From positions 7,576 through 71,575 of the forward strand of contig JANMQO010000163.1 in assembly GCA_031370565.1 (NCBI GenBank): DNA of 64,000 bases, written 5' to 3'. Shown here piece after piece: positions 17,355 through 27,626 of the stretch. Position 1 is the stretch's first letter, and the number at the start of each line of letters is the position of its first letter. Source of the stretch: Chloroflexota bacterium. GTDB lineage: Bacteria; Chloroflexota; Limnocylindria; Limnocylindrales; CSP1-4. Both the position numbers and the translations under genes were made by a program. The notes under the pieces were generated by a model. It was not told the DNA's origin, ran no database searches, and saw only the letters and a list, made by a program, of their open reading frames with translations.

Positions 17355-18572
17355 CTAGCGACCAGCCTCCCGGCCACGTCGGGCGATCGCGTCGATGGTG
17401 ACAGCTGCCAGGAGGACCGAGCCCGTGATCATCTGTTTCACGGCCGGCTCGAACGACAGCAGGTCCATGCCGTTCGAGATCGACTGGATGACGAGGATCC
17501 CGAGCAGGGCCGCCCAGACGGTCCCCCGGCCGCCGAACAGGCTCGTCCCGCCGATGACCGCCGACGCGATCGCGTTGAGCAGGACGTCACCGGAGCCAGC
17601 CGACTGGTTGACCGCCAGCAGCCGCGACGACGCCATGACGCCGCCCCAGGCCGCCAGCGTCGAAGCGATGGCGAACACGGCGATCCGGACCCTGGCCACC
17701 GGGATACCGGCTCGACGGGCAGCTTCCGCGTTGCCACCGACCGCGAAGACCATGCGGCCGAACCGAGTCCGTCGGACGACATAGTCCATGACCACGATGA
17801 GCCCCACCAGGAAAACGACCGAGAGTGGTAGCCCACGGTCCAGCTGCAACACGTACAGCGCCGCGATGACGAACAAGGCGACGATCGCCGCGCGCACCAG
17901 GACGACCGCGGACGGGTCTGCGGTCAGGCCGGCCGCCAGTCGACGGCGGCGCGCGAGCACGCCGTTGCCGGCCACGTAGACCACGAACAGCGTTCCGAAC
18001 ATCCAGGCCACGGGACCCTTGAAGAAGGTCCCGGCCAGCCCCGTGATGAAGTCGTCGCGCAGGTTGACCGTGCCGGTGTTGCCCAGCACGAACAGCAGCG
18101 CCCCCTGCCAGCCGATCAGGCCGGCCAGGGTGACCACGAACGACGGGATCCGGAAGCGGGTGATCCACAGGCCGTGCAGGACGCCGATGAGCAGCCCCGC
18201 GCCGACGCCGGCCAGGACCGCGATCGGGCCCGGTACGCCCAGCTTCACGTTGAGCACGGCCATCAGGCCGGAGCACAGGCCGCTCACCACGCCGACGGTC
18301 AGATTGATCTCGCCGAGAAGCAGCACGAACACCACGCCGACCGCGATCGTGCCGACCGCGGCCATCTGGAGGGACAGGTTGACCAGGTTCTGCGGGACGA
18401 AGAACGTCCCGTCCGAGGCCAGGTAGAAGATGCCCCAGATGAGCAGCAACCCGACCACCACCGGCAGCTGGCCGACGTCTCCCTGGGCGATCCGCCGCCG
18501 ATACTGGGCGATCACCCCGCGCAGGCCCGGCTGTTCCGCGACGAGCCGCGGATCATTGAGCATCGTGCTCAC
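17355..18572 (-). CDS. sugar ABC transporter permease (RbsC/XylH/FrcC-like)
   Basis: Ten-TM permease of monosaccharide-type ABC importers. Its start overlaps the ATPase stop. Confidence 0.8.
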   Translation of the reverse strand: MSTMLNDPRLVAEQPGLRGVIAQYRRRIAQGDVGQLPVVVGLLLIWGIFYLASDGTFFVPQNLVNLSLQMAAVGTIAVGVVFVLLLGEINLTVGVVSGLCSGLMAVLNVKLGVPGPIAVLAGVGAGLLIGVLHGLWITRFRIPSFVVTLAGLIGWQGALLFVLGNTGTVNLRDDFITGLAGTFFKGPVAWMFGTLFVVYVAGNGVLARRRRLAAGLTADPSAVVLVRAAIVALFVIAALYVLQLDRGLPLSVVFLVGLIVVMDYVVRRTRFGRMVFAVGGNAEAARRAGIPVARVRIAVFAIASTLAAWGGVMASSRLLAVNQSAGSGDVLLNAIASAVIGGTSLFGGRGTVWAALLGILVIQSISNGMDLLSFEPAVKQMITGSVLLAAVTIDAIARRGREAGR

Positions 18573-19339
18573 CGCGCCACCTCGCCGGGCACGGCACCAG
18601 TCATCAATGCCACGAGTTGCTCCCGCCCCACCGTCCGCGCGTCATAGGTGCCGACATAGCGCCCCAGGCGCAGCACGGTGATCCGGTCGGCGACCTCGAA
18701 CACGTCGGCCAGGTTGTGGCTGATGAGCACCACCCCATGCCCCTCGTCGCGCAGGCGTCGGACCAGCTCGAGGACTTCATGCGTCTGGGCGACCCCCAGG
18801 GCCGCCGTCGGCTCGTCGAGGAGGACGACCTTGTTGTCCCACAACACCGAGCGCGCCACGGCGACTGACTGGCGCTGCCCGCCCGAGAGCGACGCGATCG
18901 CCGTGCGGACGTTGGGGATCTTGACCGACAGACGGCGCAGGACCTCGATCGAACGCTGCTCCATCGCGACTTCGTCGAGCACGCCCAAAGCCCCCGCCGG
19001 ATTGGCCGACTCCCGACCGAGGTAGAGATTGGCGACGACGTCCAGGTTGTCGCACAAGGCCAGGTCCTGGTACACCGTGGCGATGCCCAGGGCGACCGAA
19101 TCGTTCGGAGTGTGGATGGTGACCTCACGACCCTCCCAGCGGATCGTGCCTTCATCGATCGGGTAGATCCCGGCGATCGCCTTGATCAGGGTGGATTTGC
19201 CCGCCCCGTTGTCGCCGACGAGTGCGACCACCTCCCGAGCGCAAACGTCGAACCGGACGTCGGTCAGCGCCTGCACAGCGCCGAACCGTTTGCTGATCCC
19301 CTGCATCTCGAGCAGCGGGGTGCCCTGGGCGACGGTCAT
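18569..19339 (-). CDS. sugar ABC transporter ATP-binding protein, single NBD (FrcA-like)
   Basis: GDNGAGKSTL, LSGGQRQSVAVARSV, VLLDEPTAALG. Start at ATG 19339 with a GGAAGAGGA SD. The longer track ORF has no SD. Confidence 0.8.
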   Translation of the reverse strand: MTVAQGTPLLEMQGISKRFGAVQALTDVRFDVCAREVVALVGDNGAGKSTLIKAIAGIYPIDEGTIRWEGREVTIHTPNDSVALGIATVYQDLALCDNLDVVANLYLGRESANPAGALGVLDEVAMEQRSIEVLRRLSVKIPNVRTAIASLSGGQRQSVAVARSVLWDNKVVLLDEPTAALGVAQTHEVLELVRRLRDEGHGVVLISHNLADVFEVADRITVLRLGRYVGTYDARTVGREQLVALMTGAVPGEVAR

Positions 19340-19421
19340 GGTCCTCTTCCCTGGGAATCGCACGGCGGGGAGCAGTGAGCTCCCCGCCGTGCATGATGCG
19401 CCGTCGAAGGGACGGTCGTCG

Positions 19422-20531
19422 CTACTTGATACCGGCCGCCGTACACGCCGCCGCGAAGTCCGCGGTGCAGATCTGGGCGACCGAGTTGGCGCCGTAGAAC
19501 TTGTCGGCGATGACCGTGGCGGCAACGGACTTGGTGCCCGCAACCTTGCCATCGACGGTGACTGCAATCGGGGTGAGCAGGACGGAGGGCACGTCCACCG
19601 TGCCATTGTTGACGACCTTGCCACCGGTCATGTCGGCCGGGACGGCCTTGCCCGTGGCCAGATCGCAGGCAACCGCAGCGGCCGCCTCGGCTTCCGGCTG
19701 AATGGCCTTGTAGACGGTCATGTACTGGTCGCCGGTGAGGATCCGCTGGATCGCGTCGACCTGGGCATCCTGTCCGGTGATCGGCTTGGTCTTCGGATCG
19801 ACCCCACCGGCCTTCATCGAGGCGAACACGCCACCGGCACCGCCGTCATTGGCAACGTAGACCGCGTCGAAGCCGTCCTTGCCGTACTTGGCAATGGCGG
19901 CGTCCATGATCGCCTGGGCCTCTTCTGACTTCCAGTTGGCCATGGCGTCTTCCTTGAGGATGGTCACCTTGCCGTCAAGGACGCTGTGCGCACCCTTGGC
20001 GAACAGGAGCGCGTTGTTGTCCTTGGGCGAGCCATTGATCCAGATGATCTTGGCGTTCGTCTTGCCATCGGCCGTGAGCTTGTCAAGCAGGGCCTGACCC
20101 TGCAGGCGGCCGACCGCCTCGTTGTCGAACGAGAGGTAGTAGTCCGGCTTGGAGCCGCCCTTGATGAGCCGGTCATAGCTGACCACCTTGACGCCCTTGG
20201 CGGCGGCATCGGTGACGATCTTGCCGGCCGACTGACCGTCGACCGGATCGAGCACGAGTACCTTGGCGCCGGCCGTGATGGCCGCCTCGGCCTGGTTCTG
20301 CTGCGCGGTGGCGTCCTCGCCGGCGTTGTTGTAGATGAGCTCGACGTTCGGGCAGAGCTCCTTGAACTTCGCCGTGAAGAATGGCTTGTCCGCCGCCTCA
20401 TACCGGGCGGTCTGCTTCTCCGGGAGCAGCAGGGCAACCTTGCCACCGCCGCCGCCGGTGCCGCCGGTGTTGCAGGCCGCAACCACCAGCACTGTCCCAG
20501 CCGCCAGAGCGACCAGTTTCGAAACCTTCAC
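19422..20531 (-). CDS. sugar ABC transporter substrate-binding lipoprotein (RbsB/XylF/FrcB family)
   Basis: GTG start 20531 with a GAGGAGGAG SD. Lipobox VVAAC. Periplasmic-binding-protein type-I fold residues. Confidence 0.8.
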   Translation of the reverse strand: MKVSKLVALAAGTVLVVAACNTGGTGGGGGKVALLLPEKQTARYEAADKPFFTAKFKELCPNVELIYNNAGEDATAQQNQAEAAITAGAKVLVLDPVDGQSAGKIVTDAAAKGVKVVSYDRLIKGGSKPDYYLSFDNEAVGRLQGQALLDKLTADGKTNAKIIWINGSPKDNNALLFAKGAHSVLDGKVTILKEDAMANWKSEEAQAIMDAAIAKYGKDGFDAVYVANDGGAGGVFASMKAGGVDPKTKPITGQDAQVDAIQRILTGDQYMTVYKAIQPEAEAAAAVACDLATGKAVPADMTGGKVVNNGTVDVPSVLLTPIAVTVDGKVAGTKSVAATVIADKFYGANSVAQICTADFAAACTAAGIK

Positions 20532-20643
20532 GCGTACACTCCTCCTCTGTGGGGCTCGGCCGCAGCGCAGCCAAGCCTTCGCCCACCGGCTCATTGTGGC
20601 ACCCGGAGGCAACCTCCGATACCGGCCAGTTCGGGCGACCTGT

Positions 20644-21999
20644 CTAGTTCGCCAGCACGCCGGGCCTCACCTCCTTGCCGCCGCGCGGGCGCCGAGTTCG
20701 AGTCGACGGGGCCGACCGTGGGATACGGGCAACGGACGCTGGGTCCGCAAGGATCGATTCGAAGGCGAGTTCGGCGGCGCCCAGGAGGGGCCCGTTCGTG
20801 CCCAGCCGAGCAGGCACGATGTCCGCGACCGCCCGAGAGGCCGCGAGGCCGCGGTTGCCGAGGGTCCGCTCGATCGGTGCCTGGACGTGTGGGTGGATGA
20901 GCGCCAGCAGGCCACCGAGGGCGATCCGACCGGGGTTGAGCAGGTCGACCAGTGCGGCCAGCCCGATGCCCAGCCACGCGCCGACCGACTGCAGAGCCGC
21001 CAGCGCGACCGGATCACCTCGATCCGCCGCGTCCACGATCGCCTCGACCGCGGGCCGGCCGCCGGTCAGTGGGACGCCGGCGGCGCGCAGGATGGCGTCC
21101 TCGCCGACCTCGGTCTCCCAGCAGCCGACCGCCCCACAGTGGCACGGCAGTCGGTTTGGGCTGAGCGGCAGGTGGCCAACCTCACCGGCGAACCCGGACC
21201 GGCCCGTCAGTGGCCGGCCTCCGGCGATGATCCCGGCCCCGATGCCGACCTCGGCCCACAGACACACAAAATCGTCGCAGCCCACGCCGGCACCGCGGAC
21301 GTGCTCGGCAAGCGCGGCGAGCTCGCCGTCGTTGGCTACCAGGACAGGCACGTCCAGCTGCAGCACGTCGCCCAGCAGGCGCGCCAGCGGCACGTCGCGC
21401 CAGCCAAGGTTGGGGCCGTGCACCACTACCCCGTCGCCATGCCGGACGAGCCCGGCCACGGCGGCCCCGACCGCCAGTATTCGCGGCGCCGGCGAGGAGG
21501 CGGGGTGCGCGAGCAGCGGTCCGACGATCGTCGCCAGCGCCTGGGCGGTCGCTTCGGGTGGCAGAGGGGCGCGCGTCCGGGCGATCCGGGTCTGGGCGAT
21601 GATCCGGCCACCGAGCCCGATGGTGGCGGCCCCCAGCGAGTCGGCAAAGACCTCCAGGGCCAGAACCGCGACGCCGTTCGGATCCGGATCGACGACCGGT
21701 GACGGACGGCCCGGCATCCCGTTCGAAGTCGACTGGCGCTCCCGCACGATGCCCCGCTCCGACAGGTCCGCGACCAGCGCCGCGACCGTGCTCCGGTTCA
21801 GCCCGGTGTAGGCCACAAGATCCGAGCGAGACGCCGGCCCCGCAACGTGGACTCGGCGCAGGATCGCGGACAGATTCTGGCGGCGGACGGCGTCGAGCCC
21901 GGCACCCGGATTGGTGTCCCGAGCCGCGGCTCCCGCGCGGCCGAGACCGTCCGGCCGGCGGTCGGCCCGGGCGACGCCGTCAGCCGAGTCGTCGTGCAT
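20644..21999 (-). CDS. ROK-family transcriptional regulator (NagC/XylR-like)
   Basis: N-terminal wHTH (RQNLSAILRRVHVAGPASRSDLVAYTGLNRSTVAALVADL), a ROK sugar-kinase-like domain, and the zinc motif CHCGAVGCWE. Confidence 0.8.
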   Translation of the reverse strand: MHDDSADGVARADRRPDGLGRAGAAARDTNPGAGLDAVRRQNLSAILRRVHVAGPASRSDLVAYTGLNRSTVAALVADLSERGIVRERQSTSNGMPGRPSPVVDPDPNGVAVLALEVFADSLGAATIGLGGRIIAQTRIARTRAPLPPEATAQALATIVGPLLAHPASSPAPRILAVGAAVAGLVRHGDGVVVHGPNLGWRDVPLARLLGDVLQLDVPVLVANDGELAALAEHVRGAGVGCDDFVCLWAEVGIGAGIIAGGRPLTGRSGFAGEVGHLPLSPNRLPCHCGAVGCWETEVGEDAILRAAGVPLTGGRPAVEAIVDAADRGDPVALAALQSVGAWLGIGLAALVDLLNPGRIALGGLLALIHPHVQAPIERTLGNRGLAASRAVADIVPARLGTNGPLLGAAELAFESILADPASVARIPRSAPSTRTRRPRGGKEVRPGVLAN

Positions 22000-22190
22000 G
22001 GCTGCACCCCTGGCGAGGAATGTGGTCTGCAACAACAAACATCTGGCGCACGGTGCGGCACCCGGTGCTTCCATGTCAAGTGGTCTGACCGCCCACGTGG
22101 CATTGCCGGCCATTGTCGACGCCCGGCTCGCTCCTCGTGGCGCCACCAGCCGACGAGCGCGACAGCCCGTGAGCTGCGAGCCTGAATGAC

Positions 22191-22883
22191 CTAGCCCGTG
22201 AGCGCGCTGCCCTCAACGCAGATCGCGACGACACCAAGATCGGCGAGGCGGCGGTAGGCCCGTCGCTGGGTGACCGTCCACACGGCTACCTCGAGCCCGG
22301 CGGCGTGCGCCGTCGCGACGGCCTCCTGCGTGAGCCTGGTCCAGTCGACCGAGACTCCGCGACAGCCCATGTCGACGGCCGTCCGAATCGTCGCGGCATC
22401 GAGACCGTCGGCGTTGAGCCAGCAGGGCCAGCCGGGCACGAGGGCGCGGATCCGCTCCAGTGCGACCGGTTCGAACGACGAGATCACCGCATTGTGCAGG
22501 TCCGGTCCACGGCCCGCCGCCAGCACCTCGATCAGCCCACGCCCGAACGTCTCCTTGAGTTCCACGTCCAGCACGGCCCGGCGCGGCAGTGCCGCCAGGA
22601 CATCGGCCAGGGCTGGCACGCCGAGCGCGGCCAATTCCGTGGCGATCAAGTCGGCCACTGCCTCTGGGCGGCCCTGGACGCGGGCCAGCGTGCCATCGTG
22701 GACGACCACCGGTACGCCGTCGCGCGATGCCCGGACGTCGAATTCGACGCCGTCGCAGCCAGGTACGTCGAGGGCTGCCCGGATCGCGGCGAGGCTGTTC
22801 TCCGGATCGTGCCGGTGATCGCCCCGATGGGCGAGCCGCAAGGTCTGGGTCGGGCCCTTGCCCGGGCCGGTCAACGCGCTCAC
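22191..22883 (-). CDS. glycerophosphodiester phosphodiesterase family protein
   Basis: HRGD...ENSLAA...GCDGVEFDVRASRDGVPVVVHDGTL. The start is probably GTG 22883, 2 nt after the upstream stop. Confidence 0.75.
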   Translation of the reverse strand: MSALTGPGKGPTQTLRLAHRGDHRHDPENSLAAIRAALDVPGCDGVEFDVRASRDGVPVVVHDGTLARVQGRPEAVADLIATELAALGVPALADVLAALPRRAVLDVELKETFGRGLIEVLAAGRGPDLHNAVISSFEPVALERIRALVPGWPCWLNADGLDAATIRTAVDMGCRGVSVDWTRLTQEAVATAHAAGLEVAVWTVTQRRAYRRLADLGVVAICVEGSALTG

Positions 22884-22884
22884 C

Positions 22885-23631
22885 TCAGCCGACCCGGAGT
22901 CGGGCCGCCAGGCCCAGGTGGTCGGATGGGTAGAGCGTCGGATCGTCCACGGCTGATCGGTGGAAGACGAGCCCACAATCATCGACCGTCGCGAGACCAC
23001 GAATCCAGAGGTAGTCGAGGCAATCAGGATCTCCGTCGGTATCCATGCCCGGCGCCTGGATGCCGGAGGGCCAGGTCAGCGCGGGCTCGCGACCGTGGGC
23101 CTCGCGGTGCGCCGACCGGAAGCCAGCCGCCACCATCCGGGCGTACGTCGCCTCGTCTGGATCCGCATTGAAGTCCCCGACAACGGCCTGCGCATCGGTC
23201 GACGGACCGTCGTCCAGCCAGCGCACGAGGGCCTCCGCCTGCACGTCGCGCTGCACTGCTCCGTCCACCGTGTGGTGGAGGTGGGTCACGGCGCACAGCA
23301 CACTGCTGCCGCCGGGCAGCTCGAGCCGAACGCGCTGCGCCGAACGCCCCAGGCCCAGATCGAGCCGATCGGCATCCGCCACAGTCAACTCGGCCCGCAC
23401 GAGCAGCGCGTTGCCGTATTCCGGACGCCCGGCCCAACCCCGAATCGTGCGGTACTCGCCCGCCCCAGCCGCCCCGATCAGGCGATCCTGCTGCGCGGCG
23501 AAGACCACCTCCTGGAGACCGATCACATCCGGCTGCAGGGCGGCGAAGTCAGCCAGCAAGAGGGGCAGCCGCTCGTCCCAGCGATCGGCCAGGTTGCGAA
23601 TGTTGAGCGTCGCCAGGTGCAGCTGGTCCAT
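22885..23631 (-). CDS. endonuclease/exonuclease/phosphatase (EEP) family protein
   Basis: LATLNIRN...LQEV...GDFNADPDE...SDH motifs are catalytic hallmarks of the EEP fold. Confidence 0.75.
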   Translation of the reverse strand: MDQLHLATLNIRNLADRWDERLPLLLADFAALQPDVIGLQEVVFAAQQDRLIGAAGAGEYRTIRGWAGRPEYGNALLVRAELTVADADRLDLGLGRSAQRVRLELPGGSSVLCAVTHLHHTVDGAVQRDVQAEALVRWLDDGPSTDAQAVVGDFNADPDEATYARMVAAGFRSAHREAHGREPALTWPSGIQAPGMDTDGDPDCLDYLWIRGLATVDDCGLVFHRSAVDDPTLYPSDHLGLAARLRVG

Positions 23632-23698
23632 ACGTGCTCCGAGTCTGTGGGGTCTGGTCGTGGAGGTTTCGGCTGAGACTGGTCGGGCTGGTCGCGAT

Positions 23699-25021
23699 TC
23701 AGGGCTGGTCCGGCACCATCATCGGAATGCTGAACGAGAACGTCGAGCCACGACCCTCCTCGGACTCGACCCGGATCCGGCCGCCGTGCCCTTCGACCAC
23801 GTGCCGCGCGATGGCCAGGCCGAGGCCCGTGCCGGCGCCGCGTCGGCGTGCCTTGTCGGCCTTGTAGAACCGTTCGAAGATGCGCGCCTGGTCCGCCTTC
23901 GGGATGCCGATCCCATGGTCCTCGACCGCCACGCTGACCTCCTCCGCGGCCGACCAGACCCGGACGGTCACTTCCCCGCCGTCCGGGCTGAACTTGACCG
24001 CATTGTGCAGGAGGTTGATGAGCACCTGTCCCAGCCGATCCTCCGCTCCGAGCACGACCGGCACCTGCTCCGGCACGTCCGTCCGCAGGACGACGCCCTG
24101 GCGTTCCGCGAACAGGCGGAGCCGCTCCACCGAGGCTAGCGCCAGCCGCCCGAGGTCGATCGAATCGAGCAGCGGCATCGGGCCGCCGGACTCGATCCGG
24201 GAGAGGTCGAGCAACTCATTGACCATCTGGACCAGGTGGCCCGTCTCGACCTCGATCTTGGCGATCCGGTCGCGCATCCGGGGCGGCAGCGCCTCGCCAG
24301 CCTGGTCCGCCTCGCGCACGAGCGTTTCGGCAAGCAGGCTGACGGTGGTCAGCGGAGTCCGCAGCTCGTGCGACAGGTTGTCGATGAACTCCGTCCGAAT
24401 CCGCTGCAGGCGGCGCAGCTCGGAGACATCCTCCATGACCAACCAGATGCCGCTGACCGGCGAGCGGCGGGCCCGGATGAGCAGGGTCGGGCCGTCCGCG
24501 TGGCGAAGCGTGCATTCGCCGTTGGCCGCGCCCGATTCGCGCGCCGTCCGGGCGATCCCTTCGATCGTCGGGTCGATGAACGCTTCGATCGCCGTCCGGC
24601 CGACCAGGCTGCCCGCCGGCCGCCCGAGGAACGCATGCGCGGCCGCATTGGCGACGTCCACGACCAGCGCATCATCGAGGCGGACGATGCCCACCCCGAT
24701 GATCTCCAGCAGACCGACGCGATCGCCAACGACCTGGTCCAGTCGCCACTCGGCGGCCCGAGTACGATCGAGCGTGGCGCGCACCTCCTGCTCGGGATCG
24801 ACCGCGTGAGCGGCCGTACCCGATGCCTCGGCCAGCAGTTCGCGCAGCCGCCCCAGTGCCCGGCCCCGGGCCAGGGCGACCGACAGCGCCAGGCCGAGAA
24901 GCAGCGCCTGGACTACGATGAAGCCGACCGCCACAGGATCCACGCTCGGAGCATCGCACAGACGACGCCGGACGGCCGCGCCGATGCGCAGTGGACACCG
25001 TGGACAGGGACCGCCCGCCAA
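23699..25021 (-). CDS. sensor histidine kinase, PhoR/SenX3-like (TM, PAS, HisKA, HATPase_c)
   Basis: H-box NLSHELRTPLTTV, N/G boxes LHNAVKF...DHGIGIP...GTGLGLAIARH, FERFYKADKAR. The TTG start 25021 is uncertain (alternative GTG about 24943). Confidence 0.8.
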   Translation of the reverse strand: MAGGPCPRCPLRIGAAVRRRLCDAPSVDPVAVGFIVVQALLLGLALSVALARGRALGRLRELLAEASGTAAHAVDPEQEVRATLDRTRAAEWRLDQVVGDRVGLLEIIGVGIVRLDDALVVDVANAAAHAFLGRPAGSLVGRTAIEAFIDPTIEGIARTARESGAANGECTLRHADGPTLLIRARRSPVSGIWLVMEDVSELRRLQRIRTEFIDNLSHELRTPLTTVSLLAETLVREADQAGEALPPRMRDRIAKIEVETGHLVQMVNELLDLSRIESGGPMPLLDSIDLGRLALASVERLRLFAERQGVVLRTDVPEQVPVVLGAEDRLGQVLINLLHNAVKFSPDGGEVTVRVWSAAEEVSVAVEDHGIGIPKADQARIFERFYKADKARRRGAGTGLGLAIARHVVEGHGGRIRVESEEGRGSTFSFSIPMMVPDQP

Positions 25022-25047
25022 CCAGGAGATTCGGATTGCGACTTCGG

Positions 25048-25653
25048 ATGATTCCCCGCGAAGAACGCTTCTACGACCTCTTCGTCGAAGATGCCGCGAA
25101 CGTGCTGGGGGCGGCGCGCATGCTCGAGGGGATGCTGCGCAGCTACGACGAGATCGATCGGCGCAACGCGGAACTCCGGGCAGCCGAGCATCGCGGCGAT
25201 GAGATCAGCCACGACATCGGCCACCGGCTCGAAGGCACCTTCGTCACTCCGTTCGACCGGGAGGACATCCACAGCCTGATCAGCGGGCTGGACGACGTGA
25301 TTGACATGATCGAGGAGATCGGCGACACGTTCGGGCTGTACCGGATCGAGGCGCCCACGGCGATCGCCGTGCAGCAGGCCGCGATCATCGTCAAGCAGTG
25401 TGAACTGCTCCACGAGGCGCTCCTCCACCTGCGCGGAATGAAGCACCTTGACACCTATTGGATCGAAGTCCATCGCCTCGAGAACGAGGGCGACCAGCTG
25501 GTCCGGAGCGCCATCGCGGACCTGTTCGAGGGCAATCCGGATCCCATCCACGTGTTCAAGTGGAAGGAGATCTACAACCTGCTCGAGTCCGCCATCGATC
25601 GCTGTGAGGATGTGGCGAACATCATCGAGCGCATCGTCGTGAAGCACGCCTGA
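25048..25653 (+). CDS. DUF47 / PhoU-like phosphate-transport regulator family protein (usually partnered with PiT)
   Basis: MIPREERFYDLFVEDAANVL... and the C-terminal HRLENEGDQLVRSAIADLF match COG1392/DUF47. An alternative TTG start lies at 25036. Confidence 0.75.
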   Translation: MIPREERFYDLFVEDAANVLGAARMLEGMLRSYDEIDRRNAELRAAEHRGDEISHDIGHRLEGTFVTPFDREDIHSLISGLDDVIDMIEEIGDTFGLYRIEAPTAIAVQQAAIIVKQCELLHEALLHLRGMKHLDTYWIEVHRLENEGDQLVRSAIADLFEGNPDPIHVFKWKEIYNLLESAIDRCEDVANIIERIVVKHA

Positions 25654-27533
25654 TGAGCGAAGACGCGCTGACGACCGCGACCGTTGGTACCGCCGGCGCC
25701 GAGAACATCGGCAGGGCCGACGCCGTCGCCGCGGGCGGGGCGGCCACCGACGCGCACGGCACGACCGCCGGCGCCGACGGGTTCGCGGCCTTCGGCCTCC
25801 ATCCGGCACTGCTCGCGGCCCTGGCCGGACTGGGCTACGAGGAACCCACCCCGATCCAGCGCGCGGCGATCCCACCGCTGCTCGCAGGCCACGACGTCCT
25901 GGCGCAGGCGCCCACGGGCACTGGCAAGACGGCCGCATTCGCGCTGCCGGCCCTGCAGCGCATCGCCGCCAGCGCGGGCCAATCGGGCGGTCCGCTCGGC
26001 CTCGTCCTGGTGCCCACGCGCGAGCTGGCCATGCAGGTCGCCCAGGCGTTCCATCGCTACGGTCGAGATCTCGGTGCCCGGGTCCTGCCGGTCTTTGGCG
26101 GACAGCCGATCGGCCAGCAACTGCGCGGGCTGCAGCGCGGGGTGGACGTGGTGGTTGGCACGCCCGGCCGCATCCTCGACCACCTGCAACGAGGCAGCCT
26201 GCGCCTGGAGCGGGTGGAGCTGCTCATCCTGGATGAGGCCGACGAGATGCTCGACATGGGCTTCGCGGACGACCTTGAGGCGATCCTTGCGGCCACGCCC
26301 GCGACCCGTCAGACGGCCCTCTTCTCGGCCACCATCTCGAAGCCCATCGCGCGCATCGCGGCCCGCCACATGCGCCAGCCCAGGCAGGTGACCGTGGCCC
26401 ACGAAGCGACCAGCGGCGAGGCGGCTGGCTCGGTGCGCCAGATGGCGTACGTGGTCCAGCGGGCATACAAGCTGGCGGCACTGAGTCGGCTGCTCGATAT
26501 CGAGAGTCCGACCTCCACGCTCGTGTTCGCCCGGACGCGTGGCGCGGTCGATGAACTGGCCGACGGACTGACCGGTCGCGGCCACGACGCCGGGGCGCTC
26601 CACGGCGGCCTGTCGCAGGAGCAGCGCGACCGGGTCATGGGTCGCTTCCGCGATGGCGCCCTGGACGTCCTGGTCGCGACCGATGTCGCCGCCCGGGGTC
26701 TGGACATCCCGCACGTCTCGCACGTCATCAACTACGACATGCCGGCGGCGCCTGAGGCGTATGTCCATCGGATCGGGCGCACCGGCCGAGCGGGACGAGA
26801 TGGCGTTGCGATCACGCTGGTGGAGCCGCGCGAGCATCGCCTCCTGCGCGACATCGAGCAGTTCATTCGGGCGCGCCTCCAGCTGGCCAAGCTGCCGACC
26901 ATCGCGGACCTGCGTGAGCGCCGACTGGATGTGCTCCGAGCCACCCTGCGCGAGGCCTTGGTGGCAGGCGAACTCGACCGCTATCGGGCGGTCATCGAGC
27001 CGTTGGCCGACGAGTTCGACCTGGTCGATGTCGCCTTGGCCGCCGTGAGCCTGGCGGACGCGGCCGGCCCGCGTGCCGACGACGAGGTCGAGGTGCCCGC
27101 GGCCACGTTGCCGACGTTCCAGCCGATCCAACGGCCAGTGCGGCCCGGTCCGGCACGGCCGAATCCGGCTCGGCCGAATCCGGCTCGGCCGAATCTGGCA
27201 GCACCGGGTCCGGCCGGCCGAGCGTTCGGAGCGCCCGGCCGAACGGGACCGGGCCCCAGCCGGGCCGGGCGACCGAGCAGCCCCGGTGTGACCACGCTGT
27301 TCGTGGGCGGGGGCCGACAGGCGGGGATCCGCCCAGCGGACCTGGTGGGCGCCATCGCCAACGAAGCCGGCATCGGCGGGCGGGCGGTCGGCTCGATCGA
27401 GATCTCGGATGCCTTCTCGATTGTCGAGGTTCCCGAGGAAGCCGCCGAGCACATCATCCGCGCCCTGCGGGCCACCACGATCAAGGGCCGCCAGCTCATC
27501 GTGCGACGCGAGCACCCCAAACCCAGGGGCTGA
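25653..27533 (+). CDS. DEAD-box ATP-dependent RNA helicase (DeaD/CsdA-like) with C-terminal DbpA-type RNA-binding domain
   Basis: Q-motif, AQAPTGTGKT, DEAD, SAT, HRIGRTGRAG. The C-terminal TTLFVGGGRQAGIRPADLVGAI is a DbpA RBD. Its start overlaps the DUF47 stop (TGATG). Confidence 0.9.
   Translation: MSEDALTTATVGTAGAENIGRADAVAAGGAATDAHGTTAGADGFAAFGLHPALLAALAGLGYEEPTPIQRAAIPPLLAGHDVLAQAPTGTGKTAAFALPALQRIAASAGQSGGPLGLVLVPTRELAMQVAQAFHRYGRDLGARVLPVFGGQPIGQQLRGLQRGVDVVVGTPGRILDHLQRGSLRLERVELLILDEADEMLDMGFADDLEAILAATPATRQTALFSATISKPIARIAARHMRQPRQVTVAHEATSGEAAGSVRQMAYVVQRAYKLAALSRLLDIESPTSTLVFARTRGAVDELADGLTGRGHDAGALHGGLSQEQRDRVMGRFRDGALDVLVATDVAARGLDIPHVSHVINYDMPAAPEAYVHRIGRTGRAGRDGVAITLVEPREHRLLRDIEQFIRARLQLAKLPTIADLRERRLDVLRATLREALVAGELDRYRAVIEPLADEFDLVDVALAAVSLADAAGPRADDEVEVPAATLPTFQPIQRPVRPGPARPNPARPNPARPNLAAPGPAGRAFGAPGRTGPGPSRAGRPSSPGVTTLFVGGGRQAGIRPADLVGAIANEAGIGGRAVGSIEISDAFSIVEVPEEAAEHIIRALRATTIKGRQLIVRREHPKPRG
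27150..27194 (+). repeat. 15-bp tandem repeat x3 (ccggcWcggccgaat) inside the helicase linker
   Basis: Read directly. It encodes PARPN-PARPN-PARPN. Confidence 0.8.
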
Positions 27534-27537
27534 TCCA

Positions 27538-27570
27538 CGCGCACCGGTTGCCCTCGGCCAACCGGTGCGC
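27538..27570 (+). terminator. perfect 12-bp palindrome hairpin after the helicase gene
   Basis: gcgcaccggttg-ccctcggc-caaccggtgcgc. Confidence 0.5.
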
Positions 27571-27626
27571 TACGGTGCCTCCCTGAACCGTGGCCGCTCG
27601 GGCCCGCGTCAACCCGGAGACCGCCG

